64,000 nucleotides of DNA. Origin: Lama guanicoe (taxonomy: Eukaryota). A model generated the notes under the pieces. The model ran no database searches, had not been told where the DNA came from, and saw only the letters and a program-made list of their open reading frames with translations. The stretch spans positions 2,236,127 through 2,300,126 of the forward strand of contig MU053594.1 in assembly GCA_013239625.1 (NCBI GenBank), written 5' to 3'. This document shows positions 41,037-52,787 of this stretch, one piece after another (position 1 is the first letter of the stretch; each line of letters starts with the position of its first letter). The translations under genes were made by a program, and so were the position numbers.

Positions 41037-41440
41037 GCTGTCTTAGACTGGGCTCCTTAGAAACAGACTGTGAGATGGTGAGTTGCACGCAGAAGTTTTA
41101 CTGGAGTGTTTTCTTGAGAGACACACCCATAAGGGAGTGAGAAAGATAGGACTGGGCAGAGGGAGAGGTGGACCAGTGGTCTGGTTGCAGGTGAAGCCTC
41201 TGCCTGTCTTCCGGGGAACTCTGGAGATGGGATGGCCCTTCAGAGTGTCTGCAGATTGAGCCATGGAGGCAGGTGTTTGTACCCTCGACTAGCCAGTCAG
41301 TGGTTGCAGGCCTCTCCTTGGGCGAGGGATAACTACCGTGGTCTGGTTTCTGAGAGCAATTCCCAATGAGAGATGCAGCTTTGAGCCATCATCATCTGAC
41401 AGTGCCAGCAGCTGGGGGCTGATTGTGTTGACCCTGAAGA
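41037..41440. mobile_element. ERVL-class solo LTR remnant
   Basis: TGTCTTAGACTGGGCTCC...AACAGACTGTGAGATGG...AGAAGTTTTACTGGAGTG resembles old ERVL-class LTRs. Confidence 0.55.
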
Positions 41441-43856
41441 GGGGAGTGACTTACCTTTGGCCAGTGGGAGCTCTTCATGTTGACTCTCATGTCTTTTGAT
41501 GTGACCCACTGGTTTTGTAAAGCTTTCTTGCTTTCTGGCATAATACATTCCAGGCTCATCTAATACATTCCCTGAATTAGAACTGGAATCAGCCATTTCT
41601 CCAAGGATTTTTTTTTTAAGTGGCTGTAATTAGAGGCCACAAAATGAATGTTAGGGTTATCTATTGATTCTAGGCCTTTTCAGGGGACAGAACTAAAATA
41701 CATATATTAGTATGTGGAAAAACACGTTCATATTAATATTGCCATTCCAAATTTAACATTAAAGGATTTTTACTTAATTTCTTTGAGTCTGTACTTCTAT
41801 TCCTTTTTTTCTTATATTGAAAATCTTAGTTCATAACAATGTTAAAGTAAATATTTGTATGACCCTAGTCTATTCCCTCCTCCCTCATATATGTAGTTTC
41901 AAATAATAATACTAATATTACTGTAAACAAGCTACAGAGTGACCTTTAAAAACATACTTTTGTAGCTCTTTCTAGAATATATTCCGATGTGTTCTAGAAT
42001 TACTTGAGAAATACTTCTTTGTGTAGTTGTCACTAGATATAATATTATCTTGTTAGGGAAATAGAAGCCTAGTAGATCCCCAAATTAAATTGATTTTCCA
42101 TTCATTTTGAACTTCTAAGTGAAACTTATTTTACGATAGAATTAATTGGTTGACGTGAAACTGATGGTAGTGAAAGAACACCATTTTGGAGAGGAACCTC
42201 TTAGGAGTCTGTCAAAGGACTCTTCCTGATCTTAATACCATTCAGTTTGTTTCTGCGTTACTTGCAGGAGGAGACACATGCTTGTCAAATTCACAGATAA
42301 CAGGTAGCCAGAAAGATAAGAGAATTTATTGGGTGACAAAATCAGAGTCACACATAATCTTGGTTCCCTAGTGATGGTCTAAATTTAGCACAATGGAATG
42401 TGACAGGGACAGCAGCAGTAGTCTTATATTCCACTCAATCCACAAAGCATTAGGAAAGACATGATGAAAAGATAAATATAAACTTATATTCATTAACAAG
42501 GGGGGCCACCACTTTTTAAGCACTTACTATATCCAGGCATTTTGTTAAGTGCTTTATATAATTTTAACATTGAATCTTGACAAACACTTGGTAAGACAGT
42601 AAGCAGTAAGGGATGGTTATTGTACTACTAGTGTAGTAATAGCTGAGATCTATAGAGCGTTCGCTGAGGACCAGGTGCTGTTCTAGGCATTTTCCACTTA
42701 GTTCTCATAGCAACCCCACAAAATAGGCACTGTCGCTCTCTTCTTTATATAGATGAAGAGACTGGGGCCCAGAGAAGTTAAATAACTTGCTAAGGTCACA
42801 CAGTACACGGAGCTGGGATCCAAATCCGGCAGTCTGATTCCAAGGCTTTAGGTACACTTCTTACCCACCTTTTTACAGATGAGATTTTGAAGATGAGAGA
42901 AGTTGAGAAACCTCTCTAAGTTTCTAGTAAGCTACAGGACTGGGATTCAATCCCAAGATGCTTGATTTTATAGCCGATTTCTTAAGTATTTCTACTGCCT
43001 TCCTGTGACGACTACTAGCTGGGCACTAGACCAGATGCAATTCATTATTGATTGTAAGCTTGATAACAACCCTAGGAGGTCACTGCGGTCCCTCCCGTCT
43101 CACAGATGGGAAACTGAAAGTTCAAGAAGTTAAGCAGGTTGCCCAGGGTTACACAGATGGTGGGAGAGCTGCAGCTTCTATCCAGGTCTGTCTGACTCCA
43201 AAGCCCAGCTTCTTACACATTACATTGTAAGGGAAGGGCCGATTTGACAAAACCATAGCATTAGTGAAAAAGACTACTTGCAAGTTCAGTGTGTGAAGCA
43301 GAAGTGTGACTCCCCTGCCACCAAGGTGAGTGCCACCTGAGGCTGTGTTCTAGAAATACAGGGTTCAGAGCCAGGGAGGTAACAGTCTCACTATTCTGTC
43401 ATGACAGAGCACGCCTGGACCATTGTGTGGGAGTCTGCCCTCCACGCTTTAAAAGAGGGGTCCTGACACCTGAAACTCACCCAGATGTGAGCGCCGAGCT
43501 TGATGAAATGTCTAAGTAGCAGATCTAGGGGAAGAAGATTTGAAAAGCTGAGAATAGTTAGCCCCCCCCCACCACCAAAAGGAGACCCAGGGGAGGCTGA
43601 ATAGCTAGTATCTGGAGTCTCTTTACGTGGTGGAGGATCAGGTAAAACCCCTGTGGTTCCAGAGGGAAAAACTAGTCCTCACACATAGAGAATCAAAGAG
43701 TTGGATTCGGCTTCTCAAGGGGAGGAAGGGCTGCCTGGTATTTGGAACGTTTTAGAAACGAAATGGGCTTCCTTCTAAGAGAATGAATTCCTTTTCACTG
43801 ACGAACAACCTGAATGACCACTTATCTTGGGTGTTAAAGACTTAATAAGTCAGGTA

Positions 43857-44040
43857 GAGTGGTTCTTAATTTTAGTGGGTATAAGAATCACCTGGGGGGA
43901 CTTGTTAACTACTAGTCCTCAGGCCCCACCTTTAAAAACATTGATTCGGTGGATCTGAGATCAAGTCCTGGAATCTGCATTCTTAACAAGCAGCTCAGTG
44001 GGTCCAGGTCAGGTGGATCAGTGACCTACACTTTGAGAAC
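43857..44040. mobile_element. MER5A-like hAT-Charlie DNA transposon (similar copies at about 40390-40570 and 51830-52000)
   Basis: AGTGGTTCTTAA...AGAATCACCTGGGGG...GGAATCTGCATTCTTAACAAG...CACTTTGAGAAC. Confidence 0.75.
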
Positions 44041-44589
44041 AAGGGAGCCGAGATAAACCCTGAGCTCTCTTTCACTTATTTTACAAATAAGCATTTTAGT
44101 GAAAAAAGTTTGTAGTTGACATAATGACTGCTCACAGGAAGTGTCTTCAGTTTTACAAAAGAGCCAAGACAAAATCCTTTCGTACGTTGACGGTTCCAGT
44201 GAAAGAAATGAAATTATTGGAATGCAGGATCTTAGGATGTGGAAGGGGAAGGCTTGATTCTCAATCTGTGTCATGAAAGATAAGACTTGAATTGCAAAGT
44301 GGAAGATAGAAACCGAGTTTGAAAATCTTTAAACACTTTAAATAAGGAACCCAGTCTGCATTTAACGAGGAGCAGGCTGATGGGGACCTGGAAGAAGCTG
44401 TCAATTTTCCTGAACGACAGCACCTGTGAGGCTAACCCCTATCAGGCTTTGGGGCCCCAGCTTATATAAACTGCAGCCTGACACTCACAAAACAGGTGTG
44501 GTGAGAGTGTCTTCTAGTTCTGGCCCGCTTTTTGTTGGGGCTAGAGAGCTTTTGCTGGCAAGTACAATATATATATATTTTAAAAATAA

Positions 44590-44761
44590 TTCTTTATTTT
44601 CATTAAAAATTTTTTTTTCTTTTCTGTCTTTTTTTTATTTTAGAGGGGGCAGGTAATTAGGTTTATTTCTTTATTGATTTTAAGGGAGGTACTGGGGATT
44701 GAACTCAGGATATTGTACATGCTAAGCACGCACTCTACCACTAGAGCTCTATACCTCCCCT
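44590..44761 (-). mobile_element. tRNA-derived SINE (Vic-1-like)
   Basis: GGAGGTACTGGGGATTGAACTCAGG...CATGCTAAGCACGCACTCTACCACT; same family as 8276-8431. Confidence 0.8.
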
Positions 44762-45197
44762 CATATATTTGATTAATCTTAACTTTTACTTAAAGTGCTT
44801 AACCTGAGAGCCACATTCTAGAACTGCTTACCCTGAAATGTTTTTGCTCTCTGTAAATATGTTTTTAAACAGTGGTGCTTGATGTAATTTACTCTCCCAT
44901 ATCAGGACTTATAAAAACACTTAATTTGTATGATTCATGTGTTACTTGAGTGTATTACAGGGTTTAAAAGATTTTTTTTCTTTGAAAATCATTAGAAACT
45001 GGTTAGTTGAGTTGATTGATAGTGATGATTGATTTTGGGTTCATTTAGGACTGGCAAGTGATTTCTGTTTTAAATTTAAGGTATGTGAAATTTCCAAGTT
45101 GCAGTTACATGTCGATAGTAAGTGAGACCCTTGTTTCTGCTTAATTTCTTCTTGCTTCCTTCTAATGGTTGCAGGCCTCCTTGCAGACTTTTCTTGA

Positions 45198-45374
<177 letters not shown>

Positions 45375-45704
45375 TGAGAGCTGGGATCGGGTACGCACGG
45401 TGCAGGGAAGTACCACAGCAGTAACCACCTGCAGTGATTTTGTTGGCAGCCTATAAGTGATGAAAACTTGATGGGCTCAAAATTTGTTTGAACTTGGGCT
45501 TGAAAAATAGGAGATGTGGTAGGTGACTGTCCAGTCGAAAACTATGGAACAAACCTCCTTATGTGAGGTGGAATAAGCAATTTCTAATTTGTGTTTATTA
45601 AGAATATGCAGTGAGCCTTTGGGGAACTAACTGTGTGACTTAGTAATGAAACTCACATTCTGAATTGCTGTGTAAAAAGTCAATGATATGTATTTTTTCC
45701 TTAG

Positions 45705-46020
45705 GTTTTTTTGGGGGGTGGGGGGAGGTAATTAGGTTTATTTATTTACTTTAATGGCGGTACTAGAGATTGAGCCCAGGACCTCATGCATACTAGGCAC
45801 ACCCTCTACTACTGAGCTATACCCTCCCCTAACATCTATATTTTATTTTTTATTGAAGTATGGTCTGTTTATAATGTTGCATTAATTTCTGGTGTACAGC
45901 ATAGTGATTCAGATATATATATTATATATATAATACATATAATATATATATATATATACACACCTTTTCATTATAGGCTATTACATGGTATTGAATACAA
46001 TGCCCTGTGCTATATTTTAC
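45705..46020 (-). mobile_element. Vic-1-like SINE (about 45705-45830) next to a short L1 3' end (about 45840-46020)
   Basis: SINE head CTGAGCTATACCCTCCCC; L1 tail TTATTGAAGTATGGTC...GGTGTACAGCATAGTGATTCAG. Confidence 0.75.
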
Positions 46021-46172
46021 TCTTACATGTAAAACTATGGAGGGTGGGGAAGGGGTCAGGAGAAGGTGGGAGTGAGATGGGATCTGAGGGTATTGCAGTC
46101 CTTTGCCTACAACATGATTCTCCAGCCAAAGCACCTGTCACCACGTCTTTGTTTCCCTTTCCTTGTTTTTAA

Positions 46173-46313
<141 letters not shown>

Positions 46314-46804
46314 TGAGTAATCTCTTTGGAGTCAGTGTGTGTGCTCTGTGACCCTTGGAAACCTTGGGTTATTTAGTTAGGTCTATGCACCTTTGTGAAA
46401 GGTGATACTTCAAAGCCCTGGATTAGCAGCGAGGGCACAGGTTGGTTAACATTTTAAATGCAAACTCTATCAGACAACACAGACTTCCATTAGGGTGGAT
46501 GGAGCGGGAAGCACGAAGATTTTTGCAAAGTATTTGAAATTTGACTTTAATCACTGCATACTATGCTGTAGATGACAATGTTCAATTACAACGTTCAAGT
46601 ATTACTAGTGGCATCAAAGGGGAAGAGAGTCATCCACCATTAGCAATTCAGTCCATTAGTTGAATCAGAAGAAAATTAGCCTGTCTTCATCTTAGTTAAT
46701 CCCGAAGGCTTTTATAGAATCCTGCCCCGCCCCCAGTTATGACATTATACTAGCTGACGGTCATAATGTCTCTCGATTTGCTTTGCTATTAAGCCATTTC
46801 AATT

Positions 46805-49800
46805 TGTTTTTGTAGCTAAAGTATAGCTGACTTACAATGTTACATTAGTTTCAGGTGTACAACATAGTGATTCACAATTTTTACTGATTCAAAATTTTTA
46901 TAGATTATAAAAGTTATAAAATACTAGCTATATTCTCTGCACTGTACAATATAGCCTTGTAGCTTATTTTATGCTGTCTATCTTGTCCCTCCCCACTTGT
47001 GACCACTAGTTTGTTCTCTATATCTTGAGTCTATTTCTGTTTTGCTATATGTATTTGTTTGTTTTACTTTCTAGATTCCACATATAAATTATAATATACA
47101 GTATTTGACTTTCTCTATATGACTTATTTCGCTAAGCATAATATTCTCTAGGTCCATCCACATGGCTGCAAATGGCAGAATTTCATTCTTTTTTATGGCT
47201 GAGTAATATTCCATTTATGTATACATCACATTTTCTTTATCCATTCATCTGTTGATGGACACTTGGGTTGTTTCCACATTTTGCCTACTGTAAATAGTGC
47301 TACTATGAGCATTGGGGTGCATGTATCTTTTCAAATTAGTGTTTTGATTTTTCCTGGATATATGCCCAGGAGTGGAATTGCTGGGTCATGTGGTAATTCT
47401 ACTTTCATTTTGAGGAAACTCTATACTATTTTCCATAGTGGCTGCACCAATTTACATTCCCACCAGTAGTGTACAAAAGTTCCTTTTTCTCCATGTTCTT
47501 GCCAGCATTCATTATTTGTAGACATTTTAATGATAGCCATACTGACAGGTGTAAGGCGATAGCTAACTGTAGTTTTGATTTGCATTTCTCTAATAATTAA
47601 TGATGTTAAGCATCTTTTCATGTGCCTGTTAGCCATCTGTTTGTCTTCTTTGGAAAAATGTCTATTCAGATCTTCTGCCCATTTTTTGATTTTTTTTTTT
47701 GATGTTGAGCTGTATGAGCTGTCTATATATTTTGGATATTAACCCCTTGCCGGTCATATTGTTTGCAAATATCTTCTCTCACTCCAAATGTTTGTCTTTT
47801 CATTTGTCAGTGGTGTCCTTTACTGTGCAAAAGCTTTTAAGTTTAATTAGGTCCCGTTTGTTTTTGTTTATATCTTCTAATTCTTTGTTAATATCTTCTA
47901 ATTCTTTCTTAAACTTCTCACTTCTCTCCTAAGTTCTTTGTTCATCTTTATGATCATTACCTTGAACTCCTTATCAGGTAGATTCCCTTTTTCCAATTCA
48001 CTTAATTCTTATTCTGCGGTTTTATCCTGTCCTTTGGAACATGTTCCTCTGTCTCTTCATTTTGCCTAGTTTGTCTTTATTTCTATGTATCTGATTGGTT
48101 GATAACATTTCCTGACCTTGGAGAAGTGGCCTTTTGTAGGAGATATTGTATGCATTCCAGCAGAACACTCCCCTCTGGTCACCAGGGCTGTATGCTCTCA
48201 GGGTGCCCTCTGTGTGGGCTGCATGGGTCTTTATGTGGTGTGGACTGACTAATGTGGGCAGTCTGGTAGGCATGGCTGGTCCCTGGTCTGGTTGGTAGCC
48301 AGGCCTTGCCTTGTATGGAGGCTGCCAGCTGCTGATTGATGGGGTTGGGTCATGAGGCAGCTGGCTGTTCAACCCTTGGCAGGGGGTCTGGGGCTACTGC
48401 TGGCCCCCTGGTGGGCAGAATTGGGTTCTGCAGTGGGTGGTTGTAGGGTGGAAGTTGCCAGATCTAGTGTCAGCCTGCTGGTGGGTAGGGTCAGTTCCTG
48501 ATACAGCTGGCTGTGGGTTCTGGAGTGTCCCAAAGTTGGTGCTGGCCCACTGGTGAGTGGGGCTGGATGCCGGGGTGGCTGACTGAGGGGGTCCAGGGTG
48601 TTCTGGAGCTGGTGTTGGCTTGTGGTGGGTAGGGCTGTGGCCCAGAGGGCCCCGGGTACAGTGCTGGCTCACTGGTGGGTGGAGTTGGGGCCTGGGGTCT
48701 CTGGCTACAGGGACCTAGGGGTCACAGAGCTGGTGTCAGCCTACTGGTAGGTGGGATTGGATCCTGTGGCCGCTGGCTGAGGGACCCAAGGTATCCCAGA
48801 GGTGGTGTCTGCCCACCAGTGGGCAGGTCAGGGCCCAGGGGATGCTGCAGCTGGTGCCTGCCCACCGGTGGGTGCAGCCAGGTCTGGGGCTAGTGCAGGT
48901 CCTGGCTCCTCTGGCTGCAGGGACCTGGGGGCAGCTCCCTGACACAGGCGGCTGTCTCAGAGCTGGTGTTGGCCTGCGGGTGGGGGGACTGGGTCCTGCC
49001 ATGACAGGCTGTGGGGCTGTGGTGGTCCTGGGGCTGGTGTTAGCTTACTGGTGGGTGAGGCTGGGACCCAGGGGGTCTTGAGGATGGTGCCTGCCCACTG
49101 GTGGGCAGAGCTGGGTCTTGGGGTCTCTGTCTGTAGCACCCTGGGGGTCCCGGGCTAGTGTTTGTGTGTTGGTGTGTTGGTGTGTGGAGCCAGGTCCGGT
49201 GGACAGGGCTGTGGCCTGGGGCAGCTGTAGGTTCAGGGGGGCTTAAGGCAGTGTGCCTGCTGCTGGGTGGGGCTGTGTCCTGGTACTAATAAGCTAGAAG
49301 GAGGATTCCACAGTGGAGCTGGCCAGCACCAGTGTCCACGTGGCAGAAGGAGCTCCCAGATGGCTACTGCCAGTGCCTGTGTCCCCAGGGTGAGCTTCAA
49401 AGTCTCCTGCCTCTCTGGGAGGCTCTCCAAGATGAGCAGGTGGGTCTGACCCAGATGTCTTTCAAATGACTGCTTTTGCCCAGAGTCCTGGAGTGTGTGA
49501 GACTTTGTGTGTGCCCTTTAAGAGTGGCACCTCGATTTCCCACAGCCCTCTGACTCTCCTGAAATTAAGCCCTGCTGGCCTTCAAAGCCAAACATCCTGG
49601 GGCTCATCTTCCTGGTTCAGGACCCCTGGCCTGGGGAGCTGGATGTGAGACTCAGACCCATTGCTCCTTGGGGAGAGTGCCTGTAATTGTAATTATCCCT
49701 GTTTGTGTGTTGCCCACGCGGGGGTGTGGGTTTTGACTACACAGTGACTCCGCCCCTCTTACCTGTCTCCTTGTGGTTCCTTCTTTACATCTTTAGCTGT

Positions 49801-49925
49801 AGAAGATCTTTTCTGCTAGATTCCAGTCTCTCATCAATAGTAGCTCTCTAAATAGTTGTAATCTGGGTGTGCCTCTGAGCGGAGGTAAACTCAGGGTCTT
49901 CCTACTCCACCATCTTGGCCAAGCT
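46805..49925 (-). mobile_element. Internally deleted L1: GC-rich repetitive 5' UTR, ORF1 start, ORF2 end and 3' UTR
   Basis: 5' end GGCCAAGATGGTGGAGTAGGAAGACCCTGAG at about 49920. ORF1-like MKRQRNMFQ and GNLPDKEFKVMIIKM. ORF2 C-terminal DLIKLKSFCT and [24 protein letters not shown]1 3' UTR. Confidence 0.8.
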
Positions 49926-50241
49926 CTCACATTTTTTTCCTCTTTTTAAAAAATTCATATTTTTTTTAATTGAAGTGTAGTCAATTTACAATGTTTCATG
50001 TGTACAGCAAAGAGATTCAGTTATACATATACATACATATGTATATTTTCAGATTCGTTTCCGTTACAGCTCATTACAGGAAACTGAATACAGTTCTCTG
50101 TGCTACACAGTAGGTCCTAACAATTTGCTTTTTAAGTAACTCTTCTTATAAGTTATTGAGTTGTTTCCAGAAAAGGTTAGAGATAAAAACCTATGGGAAA
50201 CTGAATCCTTAGTGAATGCTTTATTTTCCTTTCCTGCTCAG

Positions 50242-50443
50242 GTATGGTGAGAAAAATCATCCATTTACAATTGCTTCTTTCAAAGGCAGATGGGAGGAAT
50301 GGGAATTATCCCAACAAATCAGCGATGCTGTCAGTAGAGCCACATTAGATTACTCCTCTGGCACGTCCTCTGATGATGAGGAAATTTGTAACAAAGAACC
50401 TCAGATAATTCCTAAAGTCAGCAATCCAAAGAGCATTTACCAG
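50242..50443 (+). CDS. BTG4: BTG4 third coding exon, 202 nt
   Basis: [67 protein letters not shown]; ctcag| acceptor and |gtaaag donor. Confidence 0.96.
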
Positions 50444-52297
50444 GTAAAGTGTGTTCCGTTTCGTCTCTGTACTTTTTTTTTTCTATGCTAATTCTAAAAA
50501 GAATATGCCCACTGTAAAAGTAAAAAAGGAAAAAAAAGAGAAAAAATTGGAAGACATGGAAAAACCAAAGCTATAAAAATTAAAATCACAATATTAATAT
50601 TCTGGCAGAACTTTCCCTACTTTTCTTTTTCTTTCTTCTCTCTCTGTATTTCCTCTTCTTGTCTGAGTGCTCAGGACAGATACCATCTTTTTTGCCCCAC
50701 TTCTTCATACAGTATTTAAAATACCTAAATTCCTTCATAATTAAATATTAGTTGACTTTTTTGGCATCAGAAATTAACATACCACTCGTAGAACATTTTG
50801 AATATTAACAACAATAAAAGATCTAGAATTCCACCTCCAGAGCAGTTTTTCTAAAAAAGTCACAGCTATGATCATAGAAAGCTATGCATCTCTATATATT
50901 GGAAATAGGTTTCATGAAACCATACTTACCCTTACTAGGCACAATGCCTCAAAACCTTATTAAATTAAATCAATGTCAGCCACCTAAATTGATTTTATGA
51001 CCCACTCATGGTGGCAGCCCACAGTTTAAGAAACACCGATCTCGGGAGAATCTCTTGACAGCTTGTATGTACTTTTTGTTTTCTTAATCACATATGTATT
51101 GACATGTTAAAGCAATTTAAATACTTAATATTTTTAACCATTTGTTTCCCTCAATTTAGCTAGTGTATTATTGACAGACATCTAGGTTGTTTTCGCATTG
51201 TTGTGATATTAAAAAAGCTAACTTCTTTTTTTCAACTTAAGGTTCAGAGATGTCTGAACCTTCAGTTATTTCTGAAGATTTGATTCTCAAAAGTTGCAAT
51301 TATTGGGTCATTGAGTATGGACATATTATAGGTTCTTAATAGACTGCAAAGTACTTTCTAGAAAGATGTTTTTTATTTGTAGTGTTTCACCAGCATTATG
51401 TGAAAGTGTTTGTTTTACGATTTCCCTAAAATTGGGTATCTCATTGAAAAATAGACAGCATTTGAATTAAGTCATCTATTTTATGTATCGTTAGTGAAAT
51501 TATACATTAAAACAAAAACTTCATGTACCCAAATGTTTTAGGTACTTAACTGTCTTATGAATTTTTTCCTTTTTCACCTATTTATCATTTGAGCTCCTAA
51601 TGTGTTGTTATAGGCTCTTCAAAGGTTAGGAATATTTTAACCCCTTGTCATATTACTGGCAAACATTTTCCCTTAACTTGTTTAGCATTCTAAACTATAT
51701 ATACAGTTCATATTCAGTGTATAGAAGTTTAGAATTATATAATAAAATATTTGCCCTTAGTTCTATTTTTATGCTTAGAGAGATCTTAGATCATCTAGGG
51801 ACCAGATCTAAAGTCAGCTTTATTCTTTTAGAGCAATGTCCTTTCAAAGTGTGGTCTGCAAAACATTTGCAGCGGTCATCCAGGATGTTTTAGATGGGTG
51901 TTTGTAGATATCAACCTCAGGGATCCTGATGAGACAGTTTTGGGTTGAGCTAGTGAGGTGGGATCGGGTAGGGAAGAACACAGGACTAAATGCAAATTTG
52001 AGTAAATGTGTGTGTGTTTTTTTAACCATTTTTTTATTGAAGAGTAAATGTGTTTTTTAAATTTTGGGTTGGATTAAAGAATTTTGTTAAAAGATATGAA
52101 GTGACTTATTTCATACCCACCAATGCTAGCCGACCTTCCAAAGATAATGGTCTACTTTGAATATATTCGTTTGTATCTTCTATGCTTTTGAGAGGTTTAA
52201 CCTGTGATTTGTGGGTTTATATTTGATCCTTAGAGCTGGTTTATTAGTTTACAGAAAATCTTCATACTCCTTTGTTTCCCCCCTTTATTCTCCCTAG

Positions 52298-52480
52298 GTT
52301 GAAAACTTGAAACAGCCCTTTCAGGCTTGGTTCCAAATGCCCCACAAAAAGAACATGGGGGCTGGGTGTATGCGCCTCCTGGGAAGTGCTTATCATGCGT
52401 TGCATAAGAACCCTAAGGGTCATAGGCCAGCTGCTGTACCCCGCATGGACAGGTACCACTGGGTCAACACGAACCGATAA
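52298..52480 (+). CDS. BTG4: BTG4 last coding exon ([19 protein letters not shown]...[12 protein letters not shown]); total 231 aa
   Basis: Strong polypyrimidine tract and ctag| acceptor, phase 0, TAA at 52478-52480. Confidence 0.93.
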   Translation, partial: VENLKQPFQAWFQMPHKKNMGAGCMRLLGSAYHALHKNPKGHRPAAVPRMDRYHWVNTNR

Positions 52481-52637
52481 CGCAGTGGCTGGGCCCTCAG
52501 GGGGATTTATGTCCTCTGAAACAGAAGTGAGTTTAAGGTTGAGAGGCTCAGGAAGCAGAAAAAATAACCACATTAGGGACTAGGGTGCATGATGGTGAGT
52601 CCTCTCACACAGATCATGACTATGTTCTTAGCTGTAC

Positions 52638-52787
52638 TTTTAATTCTTATTTAATTTTATATGAAGTTTTATGTACCACTAGTAAATGTACCCAATAAGG
52701 TAATAGAATGAAGATACTGACCTGTGATAAGATTCAATGAATTATGAAAAGGAACAGTTTAAATAAACGTGCTGTGTTTTTAATAAA
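52638..52787 (+). promoter_or_regulatory. BTG4 3' UTR: cytoplasmic polyadenylation elements and AATAAA signals
   Basis: TTTTAAT 52638-44, TTTTAT 52655-60 and 52667-72, AATAAA 52762-67, TTTTTAATAAA 52777-87. Confidence 0.7.

Noticed and set aside
44421..44506. E-box CACCTG, TATATAAA and GT donors about 0.7 kb upstream of the BTG4 coding exon (alternative oocyte promoter?)
   Set aside because: Short motifs expected by chance and the implied exon would be implausibly short; needs CAGE data.
48022..49648. Repetitive GC-rich array with many Pro/Gly-rich ORFs (CRISPR-like or novel satellite?)
   Set aside because: Degenerate repeats within an L1 5' UTR; no constant repeat-spacer structure, and the DNA is mammalian.
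51239..51262. 10-bp inverted repeat AAGGTTCAGA-gatg-TCTGAACCTT (a similar one at about 63222-63247)
   Set aside because: Short hairpins near chance expectation; the first sits in old repeat-like sequence.
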